From contig CM035359.1 of the NCBI GenBank assembly GCA_020137815.1, positions 3,534,001 through 3,598,000 of the forward strand: a stretch of DNA of 64,000 nucleotides, in the 5' to 3' direction. A model generated the notes under the pieces. It was not told the origin of the DNA and did not search any database. It was given only the letters and a program-made list of their open reading frames with translations. Within the stretch, counting starts at the first letter, position 1. Every line of letters begins with the position of its first letter. The stretch comes from Hormiphora californensis. Lineage: Eukaryota; Animalia; Ctenophora. The translations under genes and the position numbers were made by a program. This document shows, piece after piece, positions 54,542-64,000 of this stretch.

Positions 54542-57500
54542 TTGTTATCTGCTCTCCATTGTTTGGACGACTCCAGGTGATGCTCGTTAGGGACTTTCCA
54601 CCGGCGTAAACTTCCAAAACCACTGACCTTCCATACCCTGAGATCTGGTGGGGAGAATTGTAGTTACCGGATAGGAAGTTGTACCATTCCAAGTGGCTTG
54701 GAAATAACCCCTCTGTGCTGGCAAGGGAGGGGTTATTTCGTAACCAAAGTGGGATAGGAAGACCCCCTGCAGCTGAGCTGAGGGCTTGGATGTTTTTCTA
54801 AAACGTGTGTTTGGGACTCGGTGAGACGCTAGAAAGGGTCTCGATCTCGTGCGAGGACCCCCACCCCTGATTATGAAGCACGTGTTGTACCTGTATGTCA
54901 GTGTGGAGAGGGAAGACAAGTGGAAGTCGTGTAACAGAGAGGGTAAAGCTCCGCGTGGTACTACCCATGTTGTTAGAAATGTCGCACCGGTACTGTGTCG
55001 ATCCATCGGACGCCTGGAGTAAGATGCAAGTGAAATCAGATGGAAGTTATTGCTCTGACAGGGAATGTAGATCAACAACAAAAGATAACACCATTTCCGG
55101 ACAATATAATACCTCAATATTAAATATTTTCAGAGTCTGTTGGTTATCCGTTACTTTGTATCGTCCCGTGGTTGTCAGCCGGGTGTAACCGTTATACCAC
55201 CTTACCACTGAGCTGGGGAAACCTGCAGATAATGTTAGTTAATATTAGTTAATATTAGTTAATATTAATATTATTAAGTTTTTACACAAGTGTAATTGCA
55301 CAAGTGTAATTTGTACTGTTATGTTTTGCCTAGCTCGACCCTCTTTTCGCGAGCTTCGCAAAGATAAAGGAAGGGTTAGAACACAACAAGTTATGTTCGG
55401 GAGCGAGTATACAGTCTAGTTCTACTCATTCATTCTAGTTCTACTCATTTGATAGTGCACTGACTTGTGTAAAGGCACCGTAACACGGCCTCCTCTCCCT
55501 CCGCCACCACCATGGGAATTTTAGTACGCCAGTAGACGTGAGGGGAACCTAGGGATGGAATATTGGTTACGAAGTTACCCCTCCCTTGCCAGCGCGCGAA
55601 GGTCGCAAGGCGTTATTTCGTAACCTAGCTAGGGAGAAGGCCAGTAGACGTGAGGGGGACCTAGGGAGGGGAGCTGGGTGAGTCACGTGAGGGGGACCTA
55701 GGGAGGGGAGCTGGGTGAGTCACGTGAGGGGGACCTAGGGAGGGGAGCTGGGTGAGTCACATGAGGGGGACCTAGGGAGGGGAGCTGGGTGAGTCACGTG
55801 AGGTGAACCTAGGGAGGGGAGCTGGGTGAGTTACGTGAGGGGGACCTAGGGAGGGGAGCTGGGTGAGTCACGTGAGGGGGACCTAGGGAGGGGAGCTGGG
55901 TGAGTCACATGAGGGGGACCTAGGGAGGGGAGCTGGGTGAGTCACGTGAGGGGAACCTAGGGAGGGGAGCTGGGTGAGTTACGTGAGGGGGACCTAGGGA
56001 GGGGAGCTGGGTGAGTCACGTGAGGGGAACCTAGGGAGGGGAGCTGGGTGAGTCACGTGAGGGGAACCTAGGGAGGGGAGCTGGGTGAGTCACATGAGGG
56101 GAACCTAGGGAGGGGAGCTGGGTGAGTCACGTGAGGTGAACCTAGGGAGGGGAGCTGGGTGAGTCACGTGAGGGGGACCTAGGGAGGGGAGCTGGGTGAG
56201 TCACATGAGGGGGACCTAGGGAGGGGAGCTGGGTGAGTCATGTGAGGGGGACATATAGGGAGGGGAGCTGGGTGAGTCACATAGCATGAAATTTGAAAAA
56301 GAAAAGAGATTAGCTGCGGTAGAAACCAATAAATGATCTGTTTCAATTTTACAAGTTCTGCGTTGGTTAGCAATTGTTTGTTGAAGTGTTACAAAATCAA
56401 CCTACAATGTACGGTAAGAGTAATATCGTGATATCCCACTCCAAGATTATTACTGCAGGCTGCTCTGTAGACACCCGCATCATCACCTTGAACACCTGAG
56501 TGTGCAGTAGGGTGGTATATCATGTACAGCTTCGGACCCCGATTTACCGAGATACTCGGGGGAAAGGGACAGGGTTATACCTGTGACAGTGAAGAAGGGT
56601 AAAGTTATGCCCGTTGAAGTTCCGTTATGTGACCATGACACCGTGGAGCAACCTCTTGCAGATACCTGTGTATTTAGGCGGATATATTAGGGATCTAATA
56701 ATGGAGATCATGAAACAGTTGGATCGTCTAGTCAGTGAATTAGTAAAGTTGAACCAAGATATAGCACCACTATTTATTTTTATCAATTGTTGATTAAAAT
56801 AATCATAGCGCTGACAAGCACCATACCGCTAGAGTGGTTGTTCCGTGTAGGGATGCTGACAGCTGATCAGTTACTGCTGATACAACAGGAGATGAATCTG
56901 AGAGAGAAAGAAGTTGATGGTATGTTTTATAATAATACAGTAGGATTCATGTATGGGAAAGTGTGCCATCGTTTTTGACGAAAAAATGTTACTGATTATA
57001 ATATTTGCTAGTCGGTAACAGCTAATAAAAGTATCTAACTCCTACCTATAATTATTACTCGACAAACCTATAACGTTGAGTGTAATAGAAGCAGAACCGA
57101 AGTTGAACAGGGGATTAGTTGCTGTGACTCGGTATACCCCACTATCCCCCCTCTGAGAGTGTGGATAACTAAAGTTAGTATTTTAACTGGGATTATAAAC
57201 AGACAATAAAAGTACAGCTAATTACTAATTAGTTCAAGAAAGCTAATGGGATATAGGAAAGACACAAACCTGAACGTAAAATATTTTGGCCCTTCTTTTC
57301 GAGTTTTCATAGTTTAGTCGGTTAGTTCCAGAACCATCCGCTCTTGTCCACTCAATCTGGAGGATTCAAAATTAAACCATGTCCAATATTTTCGAATTAG
57401 TCAATTAATAGGCCAATTAGGCGATTAATGATATCGATTATCATAATGATCGGTTGAAGTGTGCGCGCGGTTTAATTAAAGTCCACTCCGTACTCCGATT

Positions 57501-60500
57501 GTGTACTTTAATAACATGCCAAACTTCGCGCGCTCCAAACCCCGCGCTCTCGGGAGAACATGAGTTTTGTTTTCGCTGCGGAGAGGCGGTAAAGTATGGA
57601 CGAATGTCTCAGTCATATTCGGGGCCTGGCAAGGCCCCCAATCTGATCTACTGCACGATCATCTATCTCTCTGGGTTTATATAGTTGGAAAATCTCCAAC
57701 TCGAGGGAAGAGAGAGCTCAGTAATGTTCTGAATGGGGAGGAGAGATGTTCTCTGAAGACTGAATGACTAATGGGGGAGAGTAGAGTTGAGGGAGAGAGG
57801 AAAGAATCATCTTTGTAGGGTTATAAATGGAAAGGACTGTGTGTAACGGTTCGTGATTTATTCTCTCCATTGCTCTCCCTCTACTACCTTTATTATATAG
57901 CAGACACAGTCTCTCTTCTTGTCCATCTTTCGTAGAATCCCTGATCCCAACACAGCCACTTTCAAGACAACCATGCTATCTCGTCAACTTAAATAAGTCT
58001 AGAGTTGACTAGATAGTGGCCCATTTTCTTGGAATAATCCTTTTGTATTCATTTTAGTAGAGCAAACAATGCAATGCGCTTGATTCTGGTATTTTTATAT
58101 TTATTTTAGTAGAGAAAATAATGCAATGCGTTTGATTCTGGTATTTTTTATTTAATAGAAAAAACAATACAATGCGTTTGATTCTGGTATTTTTTCTTTC
58201 GGCAGCTGTCTTGTTGCAACCATCTACTGGTACAGGTTCGTGAAAAATTTTGGGCTTAGTTTTTATAATAAACTGGTTAATATATATTTTGTTCGTGATT
58301 AACAAGGATTCATTCAATCATCGATACTAGTTAGTTAGTTACCTATTTGATAGCAATCCCAACTAAATTCTTATAGATTGGACAGCTGTTGAGCGGGATG
58401 TGAGGATTCCCTGGGACCTGGAGGCAACACCTCTCCAGATAAAGACGAACTCCACCTTGGGCAGGATCCAAGTGGATATGCACGACAAGGACAGCAACAG
58501 TGTCTATATCGGTTATGTGACTGTGAAGTTCTCCACCCCTACAATGCGGTATAAAATAGGCTACTGCACCATCAACCAAGGCTCCTGGACAGACCTGCCA
58601 GTGCAACCCCCGGTGGAGGTGGATAAGATCTGGACGATCAGCAAAACAGAGACCGCCCTCATCATCACATGCAACAATGTTGAGGTGCTGAACTACTTGT
58701 TCGCAGATAGTACAAGAGGCACCTGTGTTACAAAGATGAGTGGTGATGTTGTGGAGCAGATCAAGTTTAGGAACGCCCAGGACACAGCATCTGACTTTTA
58801 TAACGGTACTCCGGCCCCAGGTAAGGATGAATCTTTGGGATGCGATTGAATCCCCTGCAAAATATAACCCACACCTTAAAAATATACTACAGTCGGACCC
58901 CGATTTAGGGGCCCCCGATTTAGTGGCACCCCGATTTAGGGACAGGATTTTTTTCCCCCGATGTAGGAAATTAACCTTATTTGACCCCGATTTAGTGAAC
59001 ACCCCGATTTAGTATTTCCATTTAGCACAAGAGTGTCCTGCATTTACTGTTGAGGGATCAACGCAAGAAAACTGGCCTGCCTTACCAATAGGGACAACTG
59101 CTACTATTGAATGTGCTGCCACCCATATCCTTGTGGGAAGTCCAACACTGTCTTGTCAGGAGTATGGAACATGGTCAAGTGATGTACCAAAGTGCAATAA
59201 AATTGGCAACAATGGTAAGTGTACAGACATGTAGAAATTGGGGTCATGGTAGATACTTAGTAGGGAGGATAGTGGCAGGTCGGGTCAATAATTTTGGATT
59301 TGACTTGCTAACTAGAAATACAGACGACAATTAATGTCAAATAAAAGCAGGGAACTTTTATTTGGCAGCTACAAAGACAGACGTTTGAAAAACTGTTGTT
59401 ATGTTCTAATCCTCTTTTAAATTTGTTTCCCGTGCGGGTACAGTGAAACACGGTCGAGGAAGGTAAAAAACTGGTTACCCGTGCTTTACGGTATCCGTAG
59501 TACCTCGATTTGACCATCCACATGGTCAGTACTGAACAGTGTTTGGTTGTCATGGTACGCAGTCTGTCTGCCGCTCGCCCTTGTTCCGAAGGTGCGGTGT
59601 TAGAGTCGACAGCAGGAAACGACCGAACCGGTTTTTTTTTCACCGAACCGAACCGAACCGAATTTGAAAAACTTTTTTACCGAACCGAACCGAACCGAAC
59701 CGAATTTCGGTAACCGAACCGAACCGAACCATACAAAACTTTTTCTGTATAAATGTTTCTCTAAAAAGTCATGGAGAGCACCGATCAAGGTATTGAGAAT
59801 CATTCTCTGAAATTTTGTTAAAAAATGTTTGAAAAAATTTCAAAGTCAATTTTGTGAAAAAATTTTCAAAGTCAATTTTATCGTAAATTTTCTATGTCAA
59901 TTTTTGCGTACGAATCGTGTTTCGAATCGGCAATGCTATACGGGAATGGTATTGCTAATTAGCAGGATTAAACGAACCATGAATCGTGTCTCTCTAAATT
60001 TCCTAATTAGATTTGATGGGGGATCACGTATCAGCACAATCCATCTCGGACCCACTAATTACCAACATCACTCCCGTTTAGCATTGTCGATTAGAAACAC
60101 GATTCGTATACCATAATTTACTTAAAATATTTTTCACAAAAAAAATTTCACAAAATTTCAGGTAATGATTCTCAATACCTTGATCGATGCTCTCCATGAA
60201 TTTTTAGAGAAACATTTAATTTTGTGAAAAAACTAAACTTCCTAATTAGATTTGATGGGGGATCACGTATCAGCACAATCCATCTCGGACCCACTAATTA
60301 CCAACATCACTCCCGTTTAGCATTGTCGATTAGAAACACGATTCGTATACCATAATTTACTTAAAATATTTTTCACAAAAAAAATTTCACAAAATTTCAG
60401 GTAATGATTCTCAATACCTTGATCGATGCTCTCCATGAATTTTTAGAGAAACATTTAATTTTGTGAAAAAACTAAACTTCCTAATTAGATTTGATGGGGG

Positions 60501-63500
60501 ATCACGTATCAGCATAATCCATCTCGGACCCACTAATTAGCAACATCACTCCCGCTTAGCAATACCGATTCGAAACACGATTCGTACGCAAAAATTGACA
60601 TAGAAATTTTCCATAAAATTGACTTTGAAATATTTTCCAAACTTTTTTACAAAATTTCAGAGAATGATTCTTAAAGGTTGACAAGATACCTAAAACTTTT
60701 CGTATATCGTCTTATTTTGATTTATCATTAATTTTCAGCATTTTTTCAGAATTTTTTGTCGGCTAGAAAAAAATTCGAAATAGGGGGTCTACCGATATTG
60801 TCAGCACTGGTTTTACTGGGCACACTCACTGCGTCTCGCAAATTGAAATTCACGTTTTCGGTTCCTCAAAAGATAGCTACATGATCTTGGTTGCGTTGGA
60901 TTGGTCTCGATAAGACCTTTCCAACGCTACCAAAACGGTTTCTGTATCTCATCAGGAAGCGGAGATATTACGGTATCAATTTTTAAATTGCGCCTCTCGT
61001 TTATCAGTAGACCCCCTATTTTGCACATATTTCTAGCCGACAAAAAATTCTGAAAAAATGCCTAAAATTAATGATAAATCAAAATAAGACGATATACGAA
61101 AAGTTTTAGGTATCTTGTCAACCTTTAACACCTTGATCAGAGGGTGAGATTCCTTCCCACGCCCTTGAGATGCAGGCCGCGGCTAATGTCTATTTTTTTA
61201 GATAGCAATAGTGTCCTACAGACCAGGCAGGGAATCTTCAGGGGTGACCCGGCATACCCCGGGGTAAACCATGAAGCTCTTGAACTGCCTGGAGCATCTC
61301 ACATACCACTCCAAGGAAACAGAGCTGCCCTCCTTGGGTGGTGTGTTTTTCTCTCTTCCTTTCTCTAATCCGCTCATGACTCATCTCTCTCTGAATAGAG
61401 ATACCCCCGGCCGGTATTACACCATCTCCCCAGCCTTGTGCACTGGGCCAAAGTAGATGGCTAAATACCGGCCAAAACCCGTCCTCCAGCAAAAGTCCAG
61501 GCTGGAGGAGGTCTAATCTCAACTGGCCCCCCTCTACCTTCTGTCCACCTAGCCTCTGGACAGGTATAAAAGGTCTAACAAGCTAGGTCATAACTGGTTA
61601 GCTACCACCGACTCTCGGCAAAATTCCCACGCCGAGGTCGAGATAAACTCAAGGGGTGTTTCCGTAGCCCAACAGGGAGAAACTACACTAACCAGTAGCC
61701 TCGCTACTACCTACGCTTCTTCAAAAGTCCATGAGAAGCGTAGGAGATTCCCAAATGGCGATTACCCCCCAAACGATGAAGGTAACAAACCAACATCATC
61801 ACTCTCTACCAACAAACAAGCCTCCACAAAAACCTGATCAACAAACAGAACAAACCACTATCCCATGCTACAAAACAAATTTCTATGAGTGACGCACATA
61901 GATACCTAACCCACTAAACATTTCACACGCCAGAGTTCCGTTAATTGGGAAGGAACCTGCCCTAACTACCCCATGAACGGCCGGACGCTGCATCTGCATC
62001 ACGAACAAAAAGTGATGTTCCATGAACCCACATGGAGTACTGATTACAAATCAGAGGTTGGCAGCGCAAAATCTACAAAGGTGCCATAGTCAATGGAGCG
62101 TCCGAATTGTCCTAGCCAAGGCCACATCTAGAGCGATCAATGCTGAGATGCCACTCACCAAGGGTCGCTGGAGATATCCGAGACTGGCACAATGTGAAAA
62201 CAGTGCTGGTGCGGTCCTCTTCATGGGACCTGTTAAGATAGTTATGGGAGACGATTCCACCCTTATCTCCAAAACCATGGACATAAGACGGAGGAAGAAA
62301 ACTCTCCCGGGGGAAAGAGGAAACTCTGGAACCTGAGCTCCGTCCTTCTCGGGCGTGAGGAACTGGCTGCCGGACGGGATAAAATCACAAGTAGAGGATT
62401 GGAAGCGGAGGCGCATACAACAACAACAACAACAACACCTTGATCGGTGCTCTCCATGAATTTTTTGAAAAAAAAAACGTTTCTGAATTTGTTGACCCTC
62501 TCATGAGGACACGATTCGACGGGAAGTCAGGTATCAAATCAATCCATATCGAACCCGCTAACTAGCGAAATCATTTCCACATAGCACCACCGATTCGAAA
62601 TAGGGTTAATACGGCGAAATTGACATTGAAATCCATACAATTTTCGTGAAATAATTGAAAAATTTTGCATGAAAAAGCCCGATTTCTGGGCATTTTTTGA
62701 CCAAAAAATTCGGTGGTTCGGCCAAAATTTCCTACCGAACCGAACCGAACCGAACCGCCCAAAAAACACCGAATTTCCGAACCGAACCGAACCGAACCGA
62801 ATGTTCGGTCGCTTCCTGGTCGACAGACTGGGAACATGTCTGCAAGGTGTTCATAATATACAACACTATACGAACCCTAGTCAGTTCCCTGTTCCCACGA
62901 TTACCAAAATTACCCTTTGCTCGCGGTGATGTGCGGAGAAAACTTGTTCAAGGCGTTCGGGAATTCCATGTAAGTCATAATGTGTGTGTGTGAAATTACC
63001 TGTGTACTATACTGTTCAGTAGTGGTATCTACTTCCACTGTCACTTCCAGGGAGACAATGCTTCCTATCTCGACTGTAAGAGTGCTCTGGAGTGGCCGAA
63101 CTACTGGCCTGTCTGAAGGGGAAGAGAGGGAGTGTAATAGGTACACATTGGGAGGGACGGTGTGTAATATGTATGGTACAAGGGCAAGAGAGGATGAAGA
63201 GAAAAGGGGTTTGTTTGGGACAAGTGTCGAGAGAAGGGGGATATATATAAGGCGTGTAATACGGGAGAGAAATGAAAACAAATGCACACAATAAATGTCG
63301 AATTTAAATCTTAGGAAGAATATCGACCCGCTCTCTCATTAACTTACTCAGTACACGAAGATATCTCGTGTCGGCTGTGGATCCAGTTGTACTACGGGTA
63401 AGACACTGGTAGGTGCCTGTATTTAGGGCGTTCACCCCATCAACTCGGAGCTCTGGTCTAGAAATATGATATTATAGGTTGCATGGGGTCACATCAAAAC

Positions 63501-64000
63501 CCTGGTATACCCTGGTAGAATACTTAGGTGTTAGTACTGCCATACCGAAACACTTAAAAAAGTACTGCAGAGTGAACATTTTAGGGAACTTTTTAGAGAA
63601 AGGAGACTACCTAATAATAACAGAGTGTTTTAAACTTACCCTGTTTGAATGAGAGCACTATTAAAGAACCACTGTATATCTGGGTGAGGATTACCCGCCC
63701 CTTCACATCGCATTACAACCTGTTATAGAGAGAATTCATGTTACCATGGTAGCATATGGTACAAGAAGTAATTAATAGATCTAGTCTATCAAAGAGAATG
63801 ATTTAGTCTGTCTAAGCTAGACCAATAAACTACACAGCTTTGTTTGAATTTGTAAAATTAAATGTCAGAGTCCTTCGCCGTGTTATGTCAGTGGATCCCA
63901 TAATAAACTTTTAAACACGATCTGCACTCACCGTATCGCCGTGTAGTGCGGTAGAAGGTCCAATAAAGTGGTAGATAACCGGTAGGGTGTACTGGGATCC
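21041..64000 (-). CDS. Multi-Ig-domain protein (hemicentin/titin-like Ig array), upstream part; about 14 Ig-like domains; 5' end outside the window
   Basis: 37 GT-AG exons joined by hand with consistent phases: 63932-64000, 63640-63719, 63348-63457, 63000-63112, 57270-57356, 57068-57152, 56827-56897, 56581-56665, 56406-56495, 55465-55548, 55113-55222, 54891-55013, 54539-54644, 53852-53983, 51476-51528, 34386-34475, 33963-34071, 33366-33475, 33015-33104, 32656-32821, 32443-32544, 32241-32327, 31968-32074, 31561-31756, 31020-31129, 27920-28068, 27622-27767, 26751-26896, 25171-25300, 24908-25009, 22719-22847, 22409-22515, 22089-22225, 21892-21965, 21588-21673, 21325-21438, 21041-21128. I-set motifs include VVMRCEGAGNPHPDIQWFFN...NTGTYQC, VQWYKDG, GDSGVYRV, GDTGVYRC and SDSGYYRC. 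Confidence 0.9.
22949..24640. mobile_element. TIR element (AATAATGCCTAC subrepeats) containing nested inverted-repeat elements
   Basis: Ends ATAATGCCTACGGTCAATAATG / CATTATTGACCGTAGGCATTAT with a probable 8-bp TSD AAAAAAGG. Inner inverted pairs at about 23275-23937 and 24023-24314. Confidence 0.75.
25323..26636. mobile_element. Foldback element (1314 bp, 9-bp TSD; Mutator- or Merlin-like)
   Basis: GGCAATTTCTGATTTGCCGCA...TGCGGCAAATCAGAAATTACC, with TIRs of about 530 bp rich in GTCTAGACGG and TSD GGATGTTAG. Confidence 0.92.
26896..27424. repeat. 48-bp minisatellite, 11 copies, abutting an exon acceptor
   Basis: Unit CCTGG(G/T)GGTGGGTTTAGTTGAGGACATGTTTTGTGCCGGTCTGATCAA. Confidence 0.95.
28095..30681. 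mobile_element. Non-autonomous TIR element with TA TSD
   Basis: TA-GGGTATACCGGTGTAATTTGGAC...GTCCAAATTACCCCGGTATACCC-TA, inserted into AATCAG(TA)CTGAACA, which is the unit of the adjacent satellite. Confidence 0.85.
29668..30547. mobile_element. piggyBac-type MITE (880 bp) nested in the previous element
   Basis: TTAA-CCCTTTGAGACCGATAG...CTATCGGCCCCAAAGGG-TTAA. Confidence 0.88.
30682..30960. repeat. 39-41-bp minisatellite, about 7 copies
   Basis: Unit TACTGAACAACTTGTTAGACGGGCGATTGTAATCAG plus variants. Confidence 0.9.
31380..31488. mobile_element. hAT-type MITE, same family
   Basis: Same TIRs; 8-bp TSD GTTACAGC. Confidence 0.9.
33214..33322. mobile_element. hAT-type MITE, same family
   Basis: Same TIRs; TSD GAAGGGGT/GAAGGAGT (7 of 8). 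Degenerate or rearranged copies at 8876-8969 and 46470-46616. Confidence 0.85.
33658..33972. repeat. 31-bp minisatellite, about 10 copies, containing an exon donor
   Basis: Unit GTTACCAAGGGATGCCCCTAGTTACCCCATA; the last unit overlaps the end of exon 33963-34071. Confidence 0.9.
35450..36765. mobile_element. Near-perfect 1.3-kb palindrome (foldback element; left end apparently truncated)
   Basis: GTGAAATTTTAACACGACC...GGTCGTGTTAAAATTTCAC with a loop near 36100-36116. A diverged half copy lies at about 34605-35061. Both are followed by CAGGCACGCCGTG. Confidence 0.85.
38345..44091 (+). pseudogene. LDLa-repeat class A GPCR (GRL101/LGR-C-like, ctenophore-expanded type), nested antisense; frameshifted as assembled
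   Basis: ATG at 38345 (MITPLLLLSRLYIV). Cys-rich N-terminus (SCPVDPASYQACG, CFDEVQCGGRIYGIRC, LDQTNCSDPARVAGKC). LDLa repeats at about 42105-42295 (CVPFENACDLQDHCGDGSDENQC; CNGKIECHDLSDEC). TM2-like LICLGDLMTSGYL and TM7 ILPLNSVLNPILYS. Donor after 43403; last exon 43933-44091 ends in TGA. Several 1-2 nt frameshifts could be assembly errors. Confidence 0.8.
45516..46440 (+). mobile_element. Head-to-tail trimer of a roughly 310-bp non-autonomous Helitron
   Basis: Units 45516-45824, 45825-46134 and 46135-46440. Each starts TCTCTATTATAATT and ends with hairpin GCGCACCCAATGGGTGCGC then CTA(G). The array sits between A and T with no TSD. A related 3' end lies at about 44490-44512. Confidence 0.85.
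47249..50239 (+). pseudogene. SLC22/organic-cation-transporter-like MFS transporter, nested antisense, interrupted in a coding exon
   Basis: Exons 47249-47301, about 47369-47558 plus 48866-49052, and about 49213-50239. TSYILDFNLTC resembles the SLC22 'EWDLVC' motif. Motif A (GGLMYDLFGVKK) is rebuilt when the insertion is removed. Also LPESPR, LGRRR and LLPETLG. No TM1/start exon was found. Confidence 0.8.
47559..48861. mobile_element. Palindromic Kolobok-type element (1303 bp, TTAA TSD) inside the MFS exon
   Basis: TTAA-GGGTACACCTGGCG...CGCCAGGTGTACCC-TTAA, with arms of about 610 bp that are nearly identical. RR...YY termini plus TTAA fit Kolobok. Confidence 0.9.
50269..50819. mobile_element. 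Mutator-like MITE just after the MFS stop codon
   Basis: TIR GGGGGGGATCAACACTTAACTGCATGACACTCATGCC and its inverse; flanks GAGAATAGCA/GAGAATAGTA. Confidence 0.8.
51598..51799. repeat. (TCTG)n imperfect microsatellite
   Basis: Read directly from the sequence. Confidence 0.9.
51800..53827. mobile_element. Foldback element (2028 bp) with nested palindromes and 12-bp subrepeats
   Basis: TGTGGTGGGAGAAATGGCTC...GAGCCATTTCTCCCACCACA, flanked by GTCTGTC on both sides, with (GCTTTTGAAATA)n arrays. Confidence 0.9.
54214..54285 (+). tRNA. tRNA-Gln (anticodon TTG), intronic and antisense to the Ig gene
   Basis: Acceptor stem GGTTCTA/TAGAACC, D-arm TGGTGTAATGGTTAGCAC, anticodon arm TTGGA-CTTTGAA-TCCAA, T-loop GTTCGAGT. 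Followed by T-runs (Pol III terminator). Confidence 0.95.
55648..56281. repeat. 37-bp G-rich minisatellite, about 17 copies, derived from an exon acceptor junction
   Basis: Unit ACGTGAGGGG(G/A)ACCTAGGGAGGGGAGCTGGGTGAGTC; it matches the junction of exon 55465-55548. Confidence 0.95.
58206..59214 (+). CDS. Nested antisense secreted-type gene: ctenophore-type 'IPWDLE-TPLQIKT' domain plus sushi/CCP domain (partial model)
   Basis: Phase 1-1 exons 58206-58229 (VLLQPST), 58377-58820 (WTAVERDVRIPWDLEATPLQIKTNS...DTASDFY) and 59026-59214 (CPAF...TIECAATHILVGSPTLSCQEYGTWSSDVPKC, the four-Cys plus Trp sushi pattern). Confidence 0.75.
60675..61124. mobile_element. Kolobok-type MITE (450 bp)
   Basis: TTAA-AGGTTGACAAGATACC...GGTATCTTGTCAACCT-TTAA, with TIRs over 100 bp. 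Confidence 0.88.
61139..62433 (+). mobile_element. 5'-truncated non-LTR retro-insertion with a (CAA)n tail (RTE-like)
   Basis: 12-bp TSD AACACCTTGATC (61127-61138 and 62434-62445) and a 3' CAACAA... tail. No intact RT ORF was recognised. Confidence 0.7.

Larger units (their letters stand above)
59613..62818. mobile_element. Non-autonomous hAT element (3206 bp) carrying nested insertions
   Basis: TIR CAGGAAACGACCGAAC/GTTCGGTCGCTTCCTG, (CCGAA)n subterminal arrays, perfect 8-bp TSD GTCGACAG, and an internal 240-bp tandem duplication at about 59999-60520. Confidence 0.92.

Noticed and set aside
57068-57356. Apparent frameshift between two Ig exons
   Set aside because: Resolved by the CTCTCAG acceptor at 57153-57154, giving KIFYVQ|RGDSGVY in frame.

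Overview
Intron-rich eukaryotic DNA, most likely from a cydippid ctenophore (Pleurobrachia-like). That assignment is inferred from the repeat families and the LDLa-GPCR and sushi-linked gene types and was not verified by search. A minus-strand multi-immunoglobulin-domain gene spans almost the whole window. I traced 58 GT-AG exons with consistent phases, about 24 Ig-like domains, and the gene is open at both window ends. An internal ATG/signal-peptide exon at 14726-14780 starts either a short isoform or a second tandem gene. Four genes are nested antisense in its introns: a frameshifted LDLa-repeat class A GPCR, an SLC22-like MFS transporter split by a 1.3-kb palindromic TTAA element, a ctenophore-type domain plus sushi gene, and tRNA-Gln(TTG). 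The introns are packed with non-autonomous DNA transposons with readable TSDs (hAT, Tc1/mariner, piggyBac, Kolobok, Harbinger, Mutator/Merlin-like foldbacks), a head-to-tail Helitron trimer and a (CAA)n-tailed retro-insertion. The most unusual patterns are tandem duplications that repeatedly copy exon-intron junctions, and long foldback elements from several unrelated TSD classes sitting in otherwise short introns. No CRISPR or prokaryotic features are present.
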